This document shows positions 59,712 through 64,000 of a stretch of DNA of 64,000 nucleotides, in pieces. Position 1 is the first letter of the stretch, and every line of letters starts with the position of its first letter. Origin of the DNA: Oopsacas minuta (lineage: Eukaryota; Animalia; Porifera); the NCBI GenBank assembly GCA_024704765.1, contig JAKMXF010000033.1, positions 372,001 through 436,000 of the forward strand, read 5' to 3'. The notes under the pieces are model-generated. The model did not search any database. It saw nothing but the letters and a program-made list of their open reading frames with translations, and was not told the origin of the DNA. The translations under genes were made by a program, and so were the position numbers.

Positions 59712-60238
59712 TTATTCGTAAGAGTATGTACCTTATTCCAGGCAATGTATTGCATTTATTGGAGTTAAGGCATACTTATATACGCAGAGAGTTGTCAACT
59801 GACTAATCTCCCTGTAATCGAAACTAGATAGAAAATTAAAATTAGAACAAATTGCTTAGTAATCAAATTATTTGACACAATAATGTGGCTAAAATGAATA
59901 GCTCCAATTTACATGAATGCAATTGATATACTATACAGATCCATTGATATACTATACTACAGTTATAAGAACACCCTTGGGAGTACCAAAACTGGCGTTC
60001 TTTTAGCGAGACCCATTGTAATATACAAGTTTTGCAAAGGTTTTGATTTGGGACTTTTGTTCGCTTCACTCCTTCAATAAACCTCAATTTCTAAAGGCTG
60101 CATGAAATTCAAGAATCATGGACAACTATACAATTGTCGATACAGTAATAATAATTAATCGTTAAGATAGTGATACCAATACTCGGATACTATAGTAAAA
60201 TAAGATAGCACAGGGTATCAATTATCGACAAAAGCTAT

Positions 60239-60340
60239 CAGTGGCGGTCCTATGGGGTCAAACGGGGAAATTGTCCCGGTTTGAAAATCCTGGCTCGGCC
60301 CGGACCCTGATATGCCAGATCCCGGGACTCTCTGAGGGCT
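60239..60340. mobile_element. Probable DNA-transposon 5' fragment between the two receptor copies
   Basis: GC-rich island starting CAGTGGCGG, a common hAT-like terminus. No second end was found. Confidence 0.4.
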
Positions 60341-60437
60341 ATACAAATATTGGTAATAGCTAGAAAATATACAGCAATTCATTACTAACCAACTACATAT
60401 ACAATAAAACTGAAATCGGATAAAGTTTGATTCAACT

Positions 60438-61949
60438 TTATCTTGAAGAAATCTGTTGTAATTTTGACTTGAATAATTTCATTACAGATCTAATAGAAAT
60501 GTGTGGTACCAATACAATGAATATTGGTAGGAAGATAACTCGTGAGTAAAATATTAACAGAATAGAGAGGAAGTAGGGGAACTTCATAAAAGCAGCGTCC
60601 GCGAAATCCTGACACACATCAAGATCTCCATATGGATTATCTCTATACACAGTTATAGTGTCATTAACCGTAGAGTTAAGCGTTCCCACATTTGGTAATG
60701 TAATTATAGGGCTATTTATAGTAACACACAAAGTATAGTCCACGATATTCGCGAAGTATGCTGTAGATAAGTAACTAATTAGATTGATTACAATTCCGTA
60801 GAGGAATAATATAACTACTATGAGTATCGAGTACCATATTAATCTCTTCTCTAGAGAGGTTAGTTTTATTTGCTTTCCAGTAACTTCTAATGATTTGAAG
60901 GAGTTTATCCGGAGTTTTGCTACAACTATAACTACAAGGGAAATCACAAAGGAAGGCAGTAAAACGGATGGGAAGAAAAAGAGTATAATGAAGAGCCATT
61001 TATTAAATATAAGGATGAATTGAGTAAAAAATGCTGGAACAAAGGTAGTGACTGGATCAAGAATGAGTATAGCAACCATTGGGATCAGGTTTAAGCCGAA
61101 ATTCAGAAAACACTGAGAAGAGAAACAAAAAATTCTGTTCCTTAATCTCTTTCTCAGATATGGAAAGAATACGATAACTAGAATATTAATAATAGATAAC
61201 GCAATCCACCATAAATTCACCAAATAGAAATAACTATTTACAAATCCCAATATATTTATGATTGTTTGCAGAGTGGATTCAAGATTCAACCTGACACCAA
61301 TTTGAGCCATCAAATATGAAACTCCTTCATCAGTCCTGAAACAGAACAAAGCATCATAATCTATAAAATCCACACAAGCATTAGAAATAATTACCATTAA
61401 GCTACAGATGACTACCATAAACAGAGATGTACGAGCTAACTGGAAATCATAATGAATGCGGAGTTTCTTCCAATCAACACAGCTAGTGAGTAGCCAGACA
61501 ACTAGCGTAGCAATTCCCAATAATATTCCTAGTACATTCAATACCCACAATGCAATCCTGACTTTTGTAGTAACTCCTTCGCCATAAGGACTCCACTCGC
61601 AAACTGGGTAACATATCTCTTCACCGGCTACATACACAAACCCCTCAATACACTCAACTTGTAGAATAGTAAAGTTAGTATAGTTTGTAGAATTTATTGG
61701 AGGCAGTATGGAAGATAGATTGTACTCTCCAGTAAACTGACTTCCTCCATCATTAGTAGATATAATGTTAACAAGAACTAATATCAATGGAACCAGAACT
61801 ACCAGCCATACCGTTATAATGATTACTATACTAAATGCTATACAAAGTTTCCTACCACTAAGATTACAATTCATATGCTCTTTCACTGGAACACTCTTTT
61901 GGATATTCTGTCCTTTGGGCTCCATTTCAATCAAATCCTTATGGTCCAT
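60438..61949 (-). CDS. Frizzled/Smoothened-like 7TM receptor without CRD, copy B (tandem duplicate, offset 2253 bp)
   Basis: Near-identical to copy A over most of its length. First ATG (MDHK) at 61949; the ORF track starts it at TTG 61964. Confidence 0.6.
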   Translation of the reverse strand: MDHKDLIEMEPKGQNIQKSVPVKEHMNCNLSGRKLCIAFSIVIIITVWLVVLVPLILVLVNIISTNDGGSQFTGEYNLSSILPPINSTNYTNFTILQVECIEGFVYVAGEEICYPVCEWSPYGEGVTTKVRIALWVLNVLGILLGIATLVVWLLTSCVDWKKLRIHYDFQLARTSLFMVVICSLMVIISNACVDFIDYDALFCFRTDEGVSYLMAQIGVRLNLESTLQTIINILGFVNSYFYLVNLWWIALSIINILVIVFFPYLRKRLRNRIFCFSSQCFLNFGLNLIPMVAILILDPVTTFVPAFFTQFILIFNKWLFIILFFFPSVLLPSFVISLVVIVVAKLRINSFKSLEVTGKQIKLTSLEKRLIWYSILIVVILFLYGIVINLISYLSTAYFANIVDYTLCVTINSPIITLPNVGTLNSTVNDTITVYRDNPYGDLDVCQDFADAAFMKFPYFLSILLIFYSRVIFLPIFIVLVPHISIRSVMKLFKSKLQQISSR

Positions 61950-62191
61950 ATATTCTTCAGGCAATCAATAGCCGTGCATAGCATTTATAGAAGTAAAGAG
62001 CATATTAATATACACAGAGGTAATTGAATTACTGTGGCTAGAGTGTGGCTGTCAGATTCTAATAACCAAATAATAAACTAATACATTTAGTAAAGGTATA
62101 ATATTTATCATATAACAATATATTACATGAATTACTCTTATATGATCTGGAATATTCACAATATATTAATCTAATTATCAAATTAATTGAA

Positions 62192-64000
62192 TTAAAATTC
62201 CAAAGGTTGAACATCATTTCTCTCCGTGTCAGATTCTCCCAAACAACTAGAGTTATCCTCCGCATCCTCCGCGGCCTCTAATAAACTCTTATAAGCAATT
62301 ACCTCTTTCGATTTTTTCTTTCTAAGCCAGGCCCTGAAAATGAAGAACACAGCTAGAAATAAACAGAGTACAGCTAGTAGCAATACAATTATCCCGGCTA
62401 TTAGTGATGTAGTCTGGTGCGAATTAAAGAAACTAAACACATAGCCAATTCTTCCGTCCCAGTTAGAGCAGAACTTTTTAGTTTCTTTCAAAATACTGTC
62501 TGCGCCGGTACAATTATCTCCGGCAATTATCCGTAGACCCAACGGGTTCACACTGTACGTATGTTCCCCTGGAGAACAATGCTGAGCTAAGTCATAACCA
62601 GGTATAGGGAAACAAGTCGTATTAGGACCGGGCTTCCGTTCATACCCGAAATCACACTCAAAATCAAATTCTTCTCTACACACACATCTATTAATACCAT
62701 GCTCAGTCAGTTTAGCTTCATTTGTACCGATATAACAGAAACTATCGCTTTTTACTCTCTGAAATGTTTCGTTATAACCGAACAGACAGCCGGTAGCTGC
62801 GTGTGGCGTGAAATCCTCAAAGTCAGACTTCCCACAAACTCTATCAAACGCGTCCAGAAAATCTACAATCAAGAATGACCAGTTATCCGAGTCTCCATTG
62901 ACTCCCCAGAAGAACGCCTTCAAGCTAGAAGCTCCGGGCTCCATGTTAAGTCCACAGTACTTAAATCCCTCCAGTTTACTCTCTTCTAAGTTAACCTCTA
63001 TCCAACAGTTCTTCTGAGAATGTGTGAACTGTAAACTCGTGATTGAGAAACAGTTCTCGTCTAGTGTACTAGACTTTACGCCTACCAACAAGTTGCCATA
63101 GTTACCAATAACAAATTGTCCTCCAGTACTGAGTATCTTCTCCCATTTGTACCCCCCATCAGCTGACATGTACGGTTTTAACGTACTTGTGTCTGTGATA
63201 TCCAAATACTCACCTACTACTCCATAACCTAGTAACAGTCCCTTAGCATTGGAATGCGACTGTATTCCTTGTATATGTTTATTCAACACATCACTCACGT
63301 ATAAATTAAGATAGCAAGGCTCGTTATTAGGACAATCGTGATATTGAATCCGTTCCCATTCTGCACCTGCATTGTATGTGATTAGAGTTTGTACTTTTCT
63401 AGGTGAGACAGGAATAGAAGCTATATACACACCTCGCATTGACTGTACTTGATAGAAAGATTGAGAGAGGTGATTATTAAGAGAGAGGGAATAGCTCGTG
63501 AATTTACTGTCTGAGATGAATAACTGCCCACTGACTGATGAGGAGTTCCCTAAATGTAACATGACATAGCTATCTGTTACAGCTATGATGTCATAATATT
63601 GTTCAGGTGTTACTTCCGGTATATGTGCAAAGTTGAAGTTATCTCCAAAATCGGTTGACACCCATATGGCCCTCGTTTTATTCGTCATATCATCCTCATT
63701 CTGTTTTGAAATAAACAGTATATTAGTTTCGAAATAGAATTTTAGAATATGAGCTTGTATTAGTCTGTGTGTTTCAAACAGATCGTCTGTCCGGTAGAAC
63801 TCGTAGTATGTAGTAGCAGACTTCATGGTGTAATAAACGGTATCATCACGACCCCATTGGAACCTAACGATGTTACTTGGACCCTCGGACCATTCAGTGC
63901 CCGAGTCTTTGGAATAGAAAATTTGGTTTCCAAAGGGCAACATCAAATAACTCGGATTAGTAGGATGGAATAGAATAGTTTTCATAGTCTCATCACTTAA
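62192..64000 (-). CDS. SORT1: VPS10-domain sorting receptor (sortilin-like), 3' part; the reading frame runs off the window edge
   Basis: BNR/Asp-box repeats (YSKDSGTEW, VSTDFGDNF, ITYNAGAEW, MSADGGYKW), a 10-cysteine module (CGKSDF...GCLFG...CVCREEFDFECDFGY), one TM, and a tail with YKSL plus an acidic cluster. Confidence 0.85.
   Translation of the reverse strand, partial: LSDETMKTILFHPTNPSYLMLPFGNQIFYSKDSGTEWSEGPSNIVRFQWGRDDTVYYTMKSATTYYEFYRTDDLFETHRLIQAHILKFYFETNILFISKQNEDDMTNKTRAIWVSTDFGDNFNFAHIPEVTPEQYYDIIAVTDSYVMLHLGNSSSVSGQLFISDSKFTSYSLSLNNHLSQSFYQVQSMRGVYIASIPVSPRKVQTLITYNAGAEWERIQYHDCPNNEPCYLNLYVSDVLNKHIQGIQSHSNAKGLLLGYGVVGEYLDITDTSTLKPYMSADGGYKWEKILSTGGQFVIGNYGNLLVGVKSSTLDENCFSITSLQFTHSQKNCWIEVNLEESKLEGFKYCGLNMEPGASSLKAFFWGVNGDSDNWSFLIVDFLDAFDRVCGKSDFEDFTPHAATGCLFGYNETFQRVKSDSFCYIGTNEAKLTEHGINRCVCREEFDFECDFGYERKPGPNTTCFPIPGYDLAQHCSPGEHTYSVNPLGLRIIAGDNCTGADSILKETKKFCSNWDGRIGYVFSFFNSHQTTSLIAGIIVLLLAVLCLFLAVFFIFRAWLRKKKSKEVIAYKSLLEAAEDAEDNSSCLGESDTERNDVQPLEF

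Overview
A compact, AT-rich animal genomic region. Introns are GT-AG and often only 50-70 bp. The gene set (E-protein bHLH, MGAT5, sortilin-like receptor, stathmin-domain protein, RING-less NHL proteins) suggests an early-branching metazoan, most plausibly a sponge. The taxon is an inference and was not checked against a database. I could support 18 protein-coding loci, in order: 3' part of an ANKHD1/Mask-like gene, sterol delta-7 reductase with a 1-bp frameshift, CABIT-like/SAM adaptor, E-protein, short TRAF-type RING protein, MARCHF5, a giant multi-Tudor gene (27 exons reconstructed by hand, about 4631 aa, 21 Tudor repeats) whose introns host three antisense genes (two NHL proteins and a lipocalin), ELOVL elongase, MCM7, roadblock dynein light chain, MGAT5 with an inserted F-type-lectin-like domain, PUS10, a syntaxin, a stathmin-domain protein, two tandem CRD-less Frizzled/Smoothened-like receptors, and the 3' part of a VPS10 receptor. 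Introns and spacers carry many short non-autonomous DNA-transposon elements (MITEs) and (TAA)n tracts. I recognised no rRNA, tRNA, CRISPR array or intact transposase. Most interesting leads: (1) splice-acceptor-like sites lie directly in front of most start codons, and genes form tight co-directional runs, the pattern expected from spliced-leader trans-splicing and operons; (2) the 21-Tudor scaffold contains an FG/GR-rich repeat and AKAP-like amphipathic helices; (3) the 8-TM class-F-like receptor pair shows patchy sequence homogenisation; (4) MGAT5 carries a lectin-like insertion. All exon boundaries and domain calls were made by eye from the sequence and remembered family motifs.
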